A DNA stretch of 64,000 bases from Negaprion brevirostris (taxonomy: Eukaryota): assembly GCA_030324005.1 (NCBI GenBank), contig JARDVH010000106.1, positions 50,935,474 through 50,999,473 on the forward strand, written 5' to 3'. The notes under the pieces are model-generated. The model was given only the letters and a program-made list of their open reading frames with translations. It had not been told where the DNA came from and did no database searches. A program made the position numbers and the translations under genes. Positions 14,126 to 28,530 of this stretch are shown here, in pieces. Numbering within the stretch: position 1 is the first letter of the stretch; each line of letters begins with the position of its first letter.

Positions 14126-16419
14126 ATGACTTGCACTTGTAAAGTTTGTTTAGCCCAGCAGAACATCTTATGGTATTTCACTACAGAGGCTGGATCACTT
14201 GTAAGTAGTTGAACATAGAGTAAATTTGATAATTACGACCACATTGAGGGTAAATACTGTTTTCAGTGCTTTGGTGATGATCAACGAAGTGGATTGCCAT
14301 TCCTGCCTGATTTTCAAATGCTAACTGCATGTAATAAAAATAAACAATTTTTTGAAATTCTGATTTTACATGGAAAAAGTTGTTTTGAGGCTTCCTATTT
14401 ATCTACTCATTTACGGCTGGTCCCAACTAATGTCCTAAGAATCATTTGTTAATGGCCACATGCAATCTGATGCACTGCACTGGACATGATGAAATCAGGT
14501 CTATAGTTCTGTTTTCTTATTTTGTAAAGCTATTAAGTGCAATCTAACAGCTCAAAATTCTAGTAGGCCTACCCTCTAGGTGGATATAAACGACAGTAAA
14601 CTTTGTTGGTCTCTGTAAATTATTATTCTGATTAAATCTGATGCACCAATGGTGCATGTCAACTCAAATTACAACTCATTTTAAACTCAAATTTAAATGT
14701 GGAATTTTGACCTATTCAAGGTCACGCCTTTTCACACTTGAGATACCATTTCTGAGACTGTATTAAAAAATTAACAGCAGCGTGTAGTGCCATGTGATGA
14801 TGCTTCAGTACTTATTAAGTCTGCAGCTGAAATAAAAGGTTTAGGGACTGGAAAAGAACACAAACCACCCCTCGGTGCTGGAAGCTTCTGTTGTTTCCCT
14901 GCAGAGTCACTAAATGTATTAATATTATAGAAGCACAGCTAAATAAGAGGTCATTTCTCCTCTGGCTGCACACTACGGTATAAGCCACCCCACCCCGCCA
15001 ACTCCCCCTCACCTCTCCAGGATGAAACCAAGGATATGAGACGTTGCTTTTGTATTGGTTCTGGTGAGATATCATTGTAGTTGTAGCTGCAAGAGCCTTA
15101 TGTAACCATTATCAACCTCAGAGCAAATCTGTTATATTTTCCAACTGATCACCAGGAAGTTCTGATTTTTAGTGGGCTTATACCTAGGGAATTTGGTACA
15201 ATTAGTAATATACAGTGGCTTAGAGGGTCAAGTATATGAAAGTAAGGGTATGGTTTAAAACCCGCATTTCTATTGATTTTCCAGCAAAGCCTAGTATTTC
15301 TAGCACAAGCTGTAGAATTGAAAGATGGAGTGAATCATTTTTACTATTTGTGACAATCAGAAATATAAGCTATATAAAAGTACAATCTCATTTCATTCAA
15401 ATGTTCCATATTTTTTTCATGTTCTCCCTTCCCCAAAGAACAGTAATGTCAGTTTAGCAGACCTGTTCTATCCCAAATGCTGTCAGCAAGCAACAGAATG
15501 ACTTGCCTTCACTCAATGGCCACTTGTGCACACTTTTTAACAGAGGCAACTGAAGAATCTGGAATGAAAATCCAGGCTATATATCCCTAGACATGTTTCT
15601 CCTCAACTCTGGAACTGAAAATAGTAAGAATAATATGTGCAGGTAATAGAAGAGTGTAAATCAGCATTGGCGTCACCTTGCTACAAATGTACTCAGTTTT
15701 CTCACAGTTCTGTCTCTCTTGTGAAACTCAGTCCAGCGCCTGCCACTGTGTCTTTCTCAGAATTGTTGAATATTATCTTTGGTCCCAGATTCCACATACA
15801 GTACGATTGTAGACTGACAAATGTAATGGCAATGAGAATCTTTCACCTTTTATGCGGCAGTTCACACACATACTGACTTGCCCCTTGCTAAGAACTGAAA
15901 ATGTGTAATTTCAAGTGTCAGCAGCATTCAGAGATAGTCTGCCTCTCTGGACAAACATTAGCTCTCATATTTCTCCTGAGGGCAGAAGTGGAGTTAACTG
16001 AAGACTGGACTGTCTCCCCATTTTCTCAAATCCCTTGATCCCACAGTCAAATAATTCAAGCAAACAGGTTTGCTGCAGGGTAGGTGTCAGGAAGATGCTG
16101 AGAGCTGGCTAGACCCCAAAACCTTCTCACTCAGAAATACTTACGCAAATTTACCTGCATTGTTTGCACAGCCTTAAATTGGAAATTTCTAAACTAATTC
16201 AAAAATTCTATTTTAAGTTCTTCAATTAACCCTGTCCTTACTTTAAGCCATCAGTACTTATTATAGAGGCAGAGGCCACTTGCAGCTGACCTCCCCTTTA
16301 GCAGAACCACTGCTCTGCATGATTCCATCTATGAAGTGCTCAACTGCGAGATGCCACCATAACTAAGATGTAACACCAGTGGGTCTTTTTCCATCATTTC
16401 TCTTCATTAAGAGAATTCT

Positions 16420-16712
16420 CTTACGACTGAGATGAGGTTCTTATGACTGAGTTCAGGAGGAACTTCTTCATCCAAAGGGTTGTGAATCTGTGGACTTCCT
16501 GCTCAGTGAAACAGTTGAGGCTACCTTATTGAATGTTTTTAAGGCAAGAATAGATAGATTTTTGAATAATATGGGAATTAATGGCTATGGTAAGTGGGCG
16601 GGTAAGTGAAGCTGAGTCCACCAAAAGATCAGCCATGATCTTATTGAATGGCAGAACAGGCTCGAGGGGCCAGATGGCCTACTCCTGCTCCTAGCTTTAT
16701 GTCTTTATGTTC
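16420..16712 (+). mobile_element. CR1/HER1 LINE 3' end
   Basis: RRNFFIQRVVNLW-like coding end, then gatcagccatgatcttattgaatggcagaacaggctcgaggggccagatggcctactcctgctcct tail. Confidence 0.85.
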
Positions 16713-19499
16713 TCATATTATATTCTTAAAAGTGCTATCCGAGATGTACAGCACAACAGCAAAATGCTGATAGTTCTAATGGTATGATTGATTCCCCTTT
16801 TTATGGAAAAAGTAACTGACAACATGTCAGTTGCTGTTCAGAGTGACACATTCAAAATCATATGCTCAAACATGTGGGTAATTACAAGTGAACACCCAAG
16901 TTCCATCACTCCATTCTGCTATATTTTGAAGACAGAGCAGTAAGTTGAATATAACACTGTGGCACAACAATTTCAAAGACTTATGAGTGTCATTCCATAC
17001 TCCACTTCCAGCTATTTAAATGTTCAAGTTAAATTAAAGATGATTACACAATGAAAACGGTAAAACAAGTGCATTATATATGCTTTATTTTAGTGCTGCT
17101 TTTTCATTAAATTATTAATATTTCTGAAAAAATACTGGTGTGTTTACATGCCTACTTAAGCATGCTTTCCTGTTATATCAGTTTTTATAAACACTGAGTT
17201 GAAATATCTTGTTTCTTCAGTCAGTGTTCTATGTTCAAAGTCAAGCAACAACCTAACTAATGAGTCAGTCTCATTTCTATTCTGTGAGACTCTCCCGATG
17301 TCCCTGACTAATTATAGTGCGTTTTCTCACGAACTTGATAAATTGATTCAATTTCACTCATTGACTCGCTTATGCTCCAATAAAATTGCTGTAATGGTAC
17401 CTGAATACCTGATAGCAGCACTGCCTAAATGAGTCTTCTAAAAATTTATTAATGCCAAACACCTCAATGGCTTGATTCAGTAAAACAGCACAAAGGAACA
17501 TTAGAAATGTCAACTCTACATCGCCTCTGTGAAACTTCAATCAAGTCGTTGACAACAATGGTTCTGCTGCTAGAGTCATTTGTCTTGTGAACTATCATCT
17601 GCTCATTTAACATAATATTTTTAGTTTGCAAGGAAAAGAAAATCTTAAAAAAACTCTTTCCATTTGCTGTTACCAGATACATTAAAATAAATAATATTTT
17701 GGAACCTAATGAGCCCACTGAAGTAATTGTGGGTAATGGTTCTTTTCCTGCTTGAATGCTGATAAATTCTAAGGGAATATTAATAATAGATTACAAAATA
17801 AGGGACAGAGCTTATTTTTCAATGGCCACTGTTGTGAACAGCATAGCCACCTCCCCAAAAGCCTGTCTTGGGACTATTCCTATTCATATATAATTTCTGG
17901 TTACATCAGTGAAGGTGACATTAGTAAAGCACAACACAAGTATCTGGATAAGTCATTGTTTGGCAAAACAGCATATTCTGGGAAAAAAGGCTATTGTTCA
18001 AAAGAAATGGAAATGTAAACATGTATGTAAGTTCTCGCAAAGGCTTACTGAAACTTATAGAATAGAGTGTGGCCATTCAGCCCACTGTGTCTGTCCTGGT
18101 TCTTTGAGAGAGCTTTGTAATTAGTGACACTCGTCTGCTGTTTCCCACTTGACATTTTTGAGTCTAGATCCAATTACATTTTGCAAGTTACAGCTGATCT
18201 GCTTTCACGATTTTTCAGGTAATGCATTCCAAATCACTGTCCAAAAAGGCGACTAAAAATGAGTAAGACACAAGTTTGATCCTTTATTGACACTGGGTTA
18301 GTGCAATAGTAGTTAAGGGATGCCATTCAGCATCAAATTCCCCAAGAGGTGGATGCCCAACTTCTGTCCAAAAGGACTTCAATATAAAAGCACCTATTCA
18401 GTTCTATTTTATAATTCATATTTTGAGATTCTCCTTTTATTGGTCATTATGTCATGGTTCACACAGGGATATAAGTAAATGCACGCTGCCTGGCACCAGT
18501 GGAACTATCCATCGGTGAGGAAATCAATATTTATTCAGATGGGGTTTCATAGCACAGTCAGGAGAGAAGACTTATTGTTTGGATGAACACCATGGAGTTT
18601 TAGCTCCACAGGTTGCATACCCTTTTTTACAAAGGTTCCCAGCATTGTGGCCAGCTTGATTAGCATGCCAAATTGCCTGTTTGGCTGGAAGTTAGACAGC
18701 ACAAGACCATTGCCCATGAACAGATTAGTCCAGTGTTTATGAGGGGCAGAGGTCACACTGGCAGCTAATGTGTGATTGGGAGGGTTAAGGATTTAGGGGG
18801 AAGGGGGCAGGGTGAGATCAGAGGGGGCATGGAGATTTGGATGGGTGAGAGCTGGAGATCACGGGTGAGACTGAGGGTCNNNNNNNNNNNNNNNNNNNNN
18901 NNNNNNNNNNNNNNNNNNNNNNNNNNNNNNNNNNNNNNNNNNNNNNNNNNNNNNNNNNNNNNNNNNNNNNNNNNNNNNNATGCTGTCAGACCTGCTGAGG
19001 TTTTCCAGCGTTTCCTGTTTTTGTTATATCATTTTCTATTCATGTTTAATTGAAAAATAAGCACCAATTTTGAAGTTGTTTAAAGGTCTTTGAAGGCAGA
19101 GAGACAGAAAATGGCAAAACAGCATCTATGGAGCACCTTCTAACACGTCTGTGTAGAGTTTGTACATTCTCCCCATGTCAGTGTGGGTTTCCTTTGGGTG
19201 TTCTGATTTCCTCCCACACCAAAGGTGTTTATAAATATATTACAAATTAAAGTCACTGTTCCAGAAATTGGATTGTGCTGCATCCAGTTCATAGTTGTAA
19301 AATGGATGGCTTAGGGAAAGTATGATGAGCATTGTGTTCATGCAACATCCATGGGAACGTGCTTGAAATGGACAACAGGCCGTTTGCCAGCTCAAAATTG
19401 GATTGTGCATGCACTTCGCTTGCTGTGGTCTGTTTCTTCAGGTGCCTGTCAGCTGAATCCTGACTGAATCCTGAATCCTGAAATTTTATTTCTGCTTTA

Positions 19500-19822
19500 C
19501 AGGGTGGCACGGTGGCACAATGGTAAGCACTGTTGCCTTACGGCACCAGGGTCCCAGGTTCAATTCTGGCCTCAGGGTGACTGTGTAGAGTTTGCACATT
19601 CTCCCTGGGTCTGCATAGGTTTCCTCCAGCTGCTCCTGTTTCTTCCCACAATCCAAAGATGTGCTGGTTAGGTGGAGTGGCCACGTTAAATTGTCCCTTT
19701 GTCTCAGGAGAATTAGCAGGGTAAAATTATGTGGTTCTGGAGATAGGGATTGGGTGAGACTGTTGCCAGTGTAGGCTTGATGAATCAAATGGCCTCCTCC
19801 TGCACTGTAGAGATTCTATGGT
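19500..19822 (+). mobile_element. HE1-like V-SINE, full length, HER1-type tail
   Basis: gggtggcacggTGGCACAATGGt (A box), caggTTCAATTC (B box), V-domain gtttgcacattctccctgggtctgcataggtttcctcc, tail atggcctcctcctgcactgtagagattctatg. Confidence 0.88.
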
Positions 19823-20284
19823 TATCGTGAAGTCATGAGAAGTAGCTTTACTCTTAAGTATCCAAAGATATATAGGTTAGATGGATTAGCCATGATAAAT
19901 GGAAATGGGTTATGGAACTGGAAGGGCGGACCTAGGTAAGATGCACTTTTGGAGAGTAGGTGCAGATACGATGGGCTGAATGGTCCCTTATGCACGGTTG
20001 GGATTCTTTTGATTCTATGAAAATTCCCAATTTGTTCATTAATTTTTAGTCACTGGAGAGCTTGCAGCCAACATTCAAACAGGATCATGTAGGGGGACAA
20101 GAAGATGGGAGTCAGCTTTACATTGCCAAAGTAAATGTGGCTTCTATTGCCCTGTTTTAATAAATAGTTCTATTTTAAGTAAGTATTAAATTGAAATCAA
20201 GTTTTAATAGTGTCACAATAGTACTAAAAAACCCCACAAACCCAATTAATTTGATTATTTCTGTTGAATCCATATTACATGAAC

Positions 20285-20590
20285 AAACGTGTTAGCTAAT
20301 TTGCACATGGCAGTATCTCATAGATATTAGGTGAGTTTGATGATCAGTTGATCCATTTTTTTGGTGGTGTTGGTCAAAGAAGAAATATTGGGCGGGATAC
20401 TGAGATACCTTCCTTGTCTTGAAATAGGGGAACATGAGGTTTGTTTTATGTTCTCTGAATATGAGCCTAACAATGACACCTCTAATGAGTAACGCTCCTT
20501 CTGCATTACCTGTAAAGTGTTGTTGAAGTCCCTGTAGTGGGACTTGAATCCAAAGCCTTCTCACTCAATGTTTTCACTGAAACATGCTGA
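20285..20590 (-). mobile_element. Deu-domain SINE (SacSINE1-like), diverged
   Basis: Reverse complement has a B box (ggattcaagtcccac), gaaggagcgttactcattagaggtgtc, cccaatatt and tgccatgtgcaaattagct segments resembling the Deu domain as I recall it. Confidence 0.6.
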
Positions 20591-20789
20591 CTCTACTGTA
20601 AATTTCCAGTTGTTACATGTGGAACTAATACTCCCGCACACATTTTTTACTTGCTCATTGGATATGGACATCACTTGCAAGTCCATCATTTATTGCCCGC
20701 TCCTAATTGTCATCAAGAAATTGTTGGTGAATCACTGCAGTGTGCATGGTGTAGGTAAATCCATAATGCTGTTGGGAAGAATTTTCACA

Positions 20790-20960
20790 GTAGAACATGG
20801 AACAGTACAGCATAGGAATAGACCCTTAATTCCCTTGCCTACCAAAAACCTATCTATCCGTGTCTTAAATATATTTAGCGAGGTAGCCTCCACCACTTCA
20901 ACAGGCAGAGAATTCCAAAGATTCACCACCCCTTGAGTGAAGAAGTTCCTTCGTTCTAAA
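20790..20960 (-). mobile_element. CR1/HER1 3' fragment
   Basis: VVNLWNSLPVEVVEATSLNIFKTRIDRFL is the canonical CR1 ORF2 C-terminus. Confidence 0.85.
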
Positions 20961-21199
20961 CTGTCCCCCTCTCTGAAGTGCCTGAATGGTACAAGGTGCA
21001 GTGAGCCTTCTCAGAAAGAGGTGATGTGTCTCTCTCTGGTTCTCTACCCAGCAGTCAAGTCCTTGGTTGTGTCCACAAGATTCCACCCATGCAGTCTTTT
21101 GTGGCACAAGTGGGGTGCATCCATCCCATCAGATCCATGTAGACTCTTAGTGGAGCAATCCAGTCAGATCAACTTGCCCACTCAATCTCAGGACTACTG

Positions 21200-23560
21200 C
21201 ATGTTTATTTCCTTCAAGTGCCTTCCAATTTCCTTTTGATCGTTGAATGTTTCTGGTCGAACAAATTTGTGGGCAAAGAATTCCAGGGCAATACCATTAG
21301 CTGCATAAAAACTTCTTCCTCACCTACCCCTGCATCGCTCAACCATAATCATAAATGTCTTTCCTTGTCCTTGTACCAGCAGCAAAATGAGAAGAGATTT
21401 TCCTGACTATTTTACCTAAGCCAGTCATAACCTCTATCAAATCTCCCCTCAATTGTCTTTATTGCTCGAAGGAGAGCAACCCAGCATTTCCAACTTGTAG
21501 CTAAAATCCCCCATCCCTGAAACCATTCTGAATCCTTCCTTCAAGGTCTCTCTCATCTTTTCCAGATGTGTGGTGATCAGACTCAATGCAAGCCTTTATA
21601 TAGGTTCAACATAACTTTCCTGCTTTTAGACTTAATGCTCTATTTACAAAGCCCAATAGTCCAGATGCCTCATTAACCACTCTCACTATGTCCTGCCACC
21701 TTCAAAAATCAATGCACATGTACACCTAGGTCTCTCTATTTCTGCACACTCTTCAAAATTGTGCTATTAAGTCTATATTATCTCTCCCTTTCCTTCTCCA
21801 GCATCAGCTTATATGTCTCTGTACTAAATTCCATCATCAATTGTCTACCCATTCTATTAGTCTATGTACTGTTGCATATGGCTTGTATTATCATCATCAC
21901 TGTTTGCTACTTCTCCAAGTTACCATTGGTAAATTTTGGAATTTTACTCTGTACTCCAGTTATATGTACTAAAAATAGCACTGGTCCTATCACTGACACC
22001 TGAGGAATACCACCGTCTACCATCTTCAAGACTGAAAAACAACCATTTGCCACAACTCTGTTTTCTGTTCTTAAGCCAACTTTATTTCTACTTGCCCATT
22101 GATCCTCCAGTTTCATTAGTCTCAATTTTGTCAACCAACATTTTATGAGGTACCTTGTCAAAAACATCCATATACACAACGTCCACCATATTCCCTTCAT
22201 CAATCTCTGTTCAAAAGAAAAATCAATTAGATTAGTCAAGCATGATCTACCTTATACAATTCAGTGCTGGCTCTCCTTAATTAGTTCAAGCCTCTCTAAA
22301 TAACAGTTGTGTTTTTCTGATTATGGATTCTTAAACTTTGCCCACCACTGAGGTTAACCTAAGTAGTCATTAGTTGCCAGGGCTGTCTAAAGTTTAGTTT
22401 AAAGTTTATTTATTTATTAGTCACAAGAAGGCTTCCATTAACACTGCAATTATTACCATGAAAATCCCCTAGTTGCCACACTCCGGTGCCTGTTCAGGTA
22501 CACTGAGGGAGAATTTAGCATGGTCATTGCACCTAACCAGCACATCTTTGGACTGTGGGGGGAAACTAGAGCACCCGGAGGAAGCCCACACAGACGCAAT
22601 AAGAACGTGCAAATTCCACATAGATGGTGACCCAAGCCGGGATTCAAACCCAGGTCACTGGTGCTGTGAGGCAGCAGTGCTAACCACTGTGCCAAAGTAC
22701 ATCCCCCTCACATCCTTTCTTGAATAAGAATGTCACATTTGTCACTCTCTAATTATCTGGCATCTCGCATTTCTAGAGATGATTAAAAAAATTAAGCAAA
22801 ATCCTGTTATCTATATTCCCATTTCTTTAGCAATCTGGGATGCACAACATTCAGACTAGATGACTTATCTAACCGAAGCACATCTAGCCCTTTAAGTACC
22901 TCCTCCTTTTCAATTTTGACAGTATCCATTGCCTCCATTATCTTTGCCTCTGCCAATATTTTGTTAGATTCCCCTTCCTTAGTCAACATCAATACAAAGT
23001 ACTTATTAATATTCTAACCTTGCCTCGCATCTCTAAGCCTATATCACCCTCTTCCACTTGCTTACTATTTGCTGGTAGAATATCTTTGGGTTCCTTTTGT
23101 GTTGGTTGCCACCCTATTCTCTCTTTGCCAGTCCTGTTTTCCTCCCTTTCAACCTATTGTATTTGACCTGCTTTTCATTTTACCTGACATGCATCATTAA
23201 CCATCTTATTTTGTTTCATCATAATCTCTATCTTCCTCCTTAGCTAAGCAGCTCTCTTTCTGGTTCCTTTATCCTTCAGCTTTGTTGGAATGTACCTAGC
23301 TTGTACCTGAAACATCTCTTCCTAAAAGATTACCCTCACTGTTTTTCCTGCCAATCCCTGGTTCCATTTCACCCTGGCTAAATCCTTCTCATTGCACTAA
23401 AATTAGTTCCCTTCAAATTTAGATTTGTTGTAATAGATCGTGCCTTGCTTTTCTCTATTACTAATCTAAACATTATGATGCAATGATCACTCTTACCCAA
23501 ATGCTCCTCTTGATCCATTTGACCCAGCTGATTTGCCAGCACCATATCCAGCAATCCTTC
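21200..23560 (-). mobile_element. Decayed CR1/HER1-type LINE ORF2, interrupted by a SINE
   Basis: Minus-strand GIPQVSVIGPVLFLVHI, VDVVYMD..DKVPHK and LDKSSSLNVVHPRLLK motifs. Confidence 0.85.
22389..22695 (-). mobile_element. HE1-like V-SINE with the alternative tail, inserted in a CR1
   Basis: tRNA head and V-domain, then ...cggagtgtggcaactaggggatttt...cttgtgactaataaataaataaacttt. Confidence 0.88.
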
Positions 23561-24541
23561 CTTTCTAGTTGGTTTGAGAATGAGTGGCCGGGTTCTAAAT
23601 GGGTTGTATTCATGTTTCAGATTTTTAACAGTTTAAGCTCCAACCTAATACAGACACACCCATATTTGGGGATTAAAATTACCCCAATGTCTCCATCAGA
23701 AGGGAAGAAGAAAAAGCTAGAGAAACAAACAAATGATTCCACTGTTTTGCATCATCAATTCCCCTAGCTATCAAAAGCTGTCCCCCTCAGAAAGCATTCT
23801 CACTACATAAGCATTTAATTCACTTTTCCATAGTTTGTAGTTCACTTCTGTCAAACAATGGGTAATTTTTTCCTGCAGTTACTTGACATTTGCTGTCATC
23901 TTACACAACTTTCCATTTTTAACTCCAGCCTATCCTGTCATCCCCATCATGGGATGATTAACATGCCACCTTTATTGGATTTCAGGACTAATTTTCTAAA
24001 TTTTGACAGATAGACATGTAAAGGTGAGCTGAAAATTTCCTGTGAACAGTGGGTAAGGCTCACTGCTGAGAGTGCAATTTTTAAAAAAAACAATCCTTTG
24101 AAGTCAAAACTCATGAGTGCAAGCAACTGCATGCCACAGTAGGCCATTCACTCCCCCTCAGTATCAGGAAGTTTTTCTTTGCATCTAGCCCTTGTCATAC
24201 CTGATTTGGAGTATTCAATTCTGGCAGTCAAGGGAAAAATGCTACATTCGCAATCGCTAATATTGTTTGTAGTAACAAGTACATAGAATAGAGGGAAAAT
24301 TCTTTCTCCCACATGTTCAGCAAAAAAATAGATGTTGTTAACAAATAGAGCTTCAATGGAAGTAGCGTAATAGCAAAATCATTTGGAACATCTATGACAT
24401 ATTAACTGTTCATAGTGAATTCTGTCAAATTTCAATAGTTTATGAACTGTGAGAGATTTAAATGCAAAAGGACAATATACTAAACCTGCCTATTTTTTGC
24501 AAACCATCATTCGCACTGCAGGTTAATTTGTTGGCATTTAC

Positions 24542-24810
24542 CTTGACTTTTTCAATATGGTCTTGCAGTGAGTCTATCAGCAGGTCTCCCACAGGTTGCC
24601 AGGTATCTTTGATAGCCTCAGCCTGTCTCAGTTTACGGTTCAATTCATCCATTGCATCTTGTAATTCCAGGAGCCTCTCCAGGGCCTCATCTATGCGCTT
24701 TTGCCAATCAACAGAGCGAGTGCTCAACTTGTCCCACTCGACTTTTACCTCTTCGGCATGCTTCCGAATTACTCTGGCAACAGTTTGGGCATTCTCTTCT
24801 GGTGTTTTCA
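24542..24810 (-). CDS. DMD: Dystrophin exon equivalent to human exon 59
   Basis: ttcag|TGAAAACA...GTCAAG|gtaaat, 269 bp. KTPEENAQTVARVIRKHAEEVKVEWDKLSTRSVDWQKRIDEALERLLELQDAMDELNRKLRQAEAIKDTWQPVGDLLIDSLQDHIEKVK. Confidence 0.97.
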
Positions 24811-27800
24811 CTGAATAAACAGGAAGGAGAATTCTGTTAAAACACTAAAGCTCACAAAAAGAATGGGAATTACTGCAATTAGATGTGAAATTATCCCTTC
24901 TACACTTTAAAACATTTGGCCAAAAATTAGGTCATGCTTCCTAATACCTATTTCTTGGGCTTGGCATCTGTTTTTGCCTTGCACTTCTGTGAAGCAATTT
25001 AGTTAATTTTTCTCCATTCAAGACATTATAAAAACAAAGTTTTTCTTACTTGACTTCACATCGCATTCAGGAAAGAAGACAGGGTTATAAAATTCTTCAT
25101 CACAAAGAAATTATTACATTTTTAGGTGGATTATATATAGTTATATTGTAGGGTTAACAATTGCGACAGCACCATCAGTTCAAGAATTTTGCATTACAGG
25201 GTGGCATTTGGGAAGAAGTCAGCCTGCATAATATTCTATCAATTGCATGGGTTCCATCAGAGGTACCAATCAGAATTCCTAACTTTTCATCCTGTTCCAA
25301 AGAATTCTGTACCATCAAACACTAACTTTCACAATCTGCCCCATTAAATTCTGATGAGGGCTATTTCATGGATTCACAGCAACCAAACAATGCAGCACAG
25401 CTCTTCCTTGCGGCTATACAATAACCTTGCTCTTTTGCCATGCTGTTGAGCTGAACATTAGCCAATCTTTAGGATGCAGTGAGTTCTTATGATCTTCCAA
25501 AAGCATGACAAATCTTGAGGGAAACGGGTCATATTCATGTGCCACCAAATGAGTGGGTCACACAGGAATATGTGGAATGCTGTAGTAGAGCATAATCCAC
25601 TTTTCCTTCCCCAGTTTTGAAGATTACGGCTGTGAATCAAAAAACTTAAAATGTTTTATTGCAGCAGTTTTATTGCATTCAATCTTTAGAATTGAATTTA
25701 ATATTCATGGGCAAGAGAAATAAAAGGTTAATCAAGGCTCTCAGTACTGATCACTATCCAGCAATTGAAATTCGTACATGCATGGATTGGAATGAGAAAA
25801 GGACTGGGCTCAGCTGTGACACCATTTACAGTTGAATAGTTTGCCAATATCATATCCTGGATTTATCCATGAAAGTGCAGTTACTTGGGTAAATTACCAG
25901 AAGGGCTTAGTGTCAGTGGAAAGCTTAGTTGACATGCGTCAGCATTTTCAAATGAGATGGGACGAAGGATGGGCAAAAACAAAATTAAAGCATTCCCATG
26001 AAATCGACATCTCAATCATTTGCAGTGGCAAACACTGAAGCCCAATCTATCCAGTGGCCAATACAGCTGCTCTGAAATAGCTTCACTGTTTGTTGTCCAG
26101 GAATCTGACGCCAAAAATTCTCAGAGCGCAAATTTACTGAAACCTTGAGCAGTGATGATACCATCAGACAAATTGGCATGAACAAATTATTGGGCCTGAC
26201 ACCATGACAGAACTGATGAAATCCTTTTTCTATGGGAGCCAGCTGCACCAGCTGGCAAGCAGAATTGCAAGATCACATTGATGTATAAGTTGCACTTGCA
26301 AGTTTGGAGATCATTAAAATTTAACACAGAGGTAGTAGCACTTTCCTGTATCTTCCATAATGGGTAAAATTTAAAAAAACACATAACTTGCTAAAGTGTT
26401 TGAAATATAGTTTCACACTTCCAGCTTTAATGTTGCCACTTTTCCCCATCTTCTCTGAATTGTTGACTTTTGCTAACTACCTTTCCATAGACATGGGGAC
26501 ATGCCTCATATCTCAGTCACGTGGTGGCTAATCTTCATGTGCATTTTCTAATATGATGGTGAGGATTAGTATTTCATAGTTCCAGCACTTCCCTCCTTAA
26601 TGCCAGTTTAACAAAAAAAAGCAGCAGTTTTTCAGTGCATCATTGACAATCTGCTACCTATTAACACCAAATTAAGGCTCGTTTTGTGCTGTGGATTTGT
26701 ATTCCCTACAAGCTCGTTGTTAGTATTCAAAGTTATTTTACTTAGATTGCAAAGAACTGTCACAAAGGAAAGACTTATTCTATCCATCGGAGCTGCATTC
26801 AAACAAGTCCCAGAAGGAAAAGAGCAGAATGATAATTCACTGTGCCACTGAGTCCTGTTTGATCATTTTATCTTCTGCACTTGAGTTACTCTGCCAAGGG
26901 GGACGAAATAATGGGCTGCTCTCAGGCCTCTGCAATGTTATGTGATGGATGGCTAGGAGGTTCATAAGTGATGCGCCAATTGATGCTCCTTGAGTGATGG
27001 TGCTTTGGCTCCATTTATTGCTATCCAGTGATGTTCTAGCCAAGAAACCTACCATCTGGGGACTTGCAAATGTGAATCCAAAATCTATCATGTTGTGCAG
27101 AGTATTTTTTTTACACCAACTACAGCAGCAAAAATAATTTTACCAAACCATACATACCAATTCAAATAAGGAATGGCTGTTTGCTGGACAAGGTTTCTCC
27201 TTGACAGCTTGTATATGCATGAATATCAACTCTGAGATACATCAGCAAGCACTTGCTACCTCAAATGTGCAGGCACAGGTATTGAGCAAAGGCAGATGAG
27301 TATCAACAGGAAGGATTTGATGAAAAAGAGCTTGCGCTCAATTGGGATTCTTTGTGTAAGAAGTCGGATCTACACCATGGACCTAACATAAGTATTATTT
27401 TATTTGTCATGCAGTTTAATTAATTGTTTACTATTATTAACTTTGAATCTAGCACAAAATGCGTAAGGCACAATCAACAAAATATAATCTTTAGAAAGTA
27501 CAAATATTTTGTAAAGTTTTTGTTAAGCAATTGAATATTCAAATTAAATCCAAGGTGTGATAATGGTGGATTTTGTTTTGCCATTTTCAATTGATTTAAG
27601 CAAGTTTAAGATCATGAGCTGTGATAACTGGAGTATTGGGTTATCGCACAGTTTCTCAATCTCCAACAGCGGGTTTCAAATGCAATCAGAATGAAGCAAT
27701 GGAAATATCTCTTCCTAACTGCAGATGGTAAGGAACCTATGTCAGATGGATTTAGGTACTCTCAACCTAGTGTGCTTACCCCACAACAGAAACCTGTCCA

Positions 27801-28409
27801 CAATTTGCACAATGGCAAAATACTGCAGCCCCCTCTTCCCCCTCTCCCCCAGGGCACAGGAATTATGAGGCCAATTGTTTTTACCTACCATATGCCTATA
27901 TGATTTGTTAATGACCAGTTTTATGGCCAGACTAACAGAAAGCAAAGATTTGCTTGTTCCTTATGGGTTAGTGCCACATCAGGTCTATGAGAAAATAAAA
28001 CTTGACAACAGGATTATCAGGAGTATTTTATTTGGTGCGGTGTTTTAAAAACAGCCACAGCTCCAGGTGTTTTTAATGGTTTTGGAGTCTCTCTCACCAT
28101 TTTTATGAAATCTCACTGTTTTTAATGGTCCTTAGAGGTAAACACAAAAGAATAGAAACCAACTAAGCCTGCTGCTATGCAGAACCCTTCTTTAAAAAAT
28201 GTGGTGTAGCAAGGATAGCAAATTATTTAATCCTCTGTATTTGAGTCTACTGATAACACAAAGCCTCATCTCATCATTCAGAAATCTGCAAGGCAGCATA
28301 ACTGTCCCCATGTGNNNNNNNNNNNNNNNNNNNNNNNNNNNNNNNNNNNNNNNNNNNNNNNNNNNNNNNNNNNNNNNNNNNNNNNNNNNNNNNNNNNNNN
28401 NNNNNNNNN

Positions 28410-28530
28410 NNNNNNNNNNNNNNNNNNNNNNNNNNNNNNNNNNNNNNNNNNNNNNNNNNNNNNNNNNNNNNNNNNNNNNNNNNNNNNNNNNNNNNNNNNN
28501 NNNNNNNNNNNNNNNNNNNCGCTTGAAAGT
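28410..28530 (-). CDS. DMD: Dystrophin exon 58 equivalent, mostly hidden in an assembly gap (only 28520-28530 visible)
   Basis: Acceptor tatactttcag|ACT TTC AAG CG then Ns, i.e. TFKR versus human AFKR(ELK). Correct phase 0 and correct position between exons 57 and 59. The lower coordinate is inferred from the human 121 bp length. Confidence 0.75.

Noticed and set aside
19500-19580. tRNA-like A/B boxes
   Set aside because: These are SINE heads continuing into V-domain and LINE-derived tails, not tRNA genes.
24462-24840. Plus-strand ORFs of 118 aa and 62 aa
   Set aside because: Antisense shadows of exon 59.
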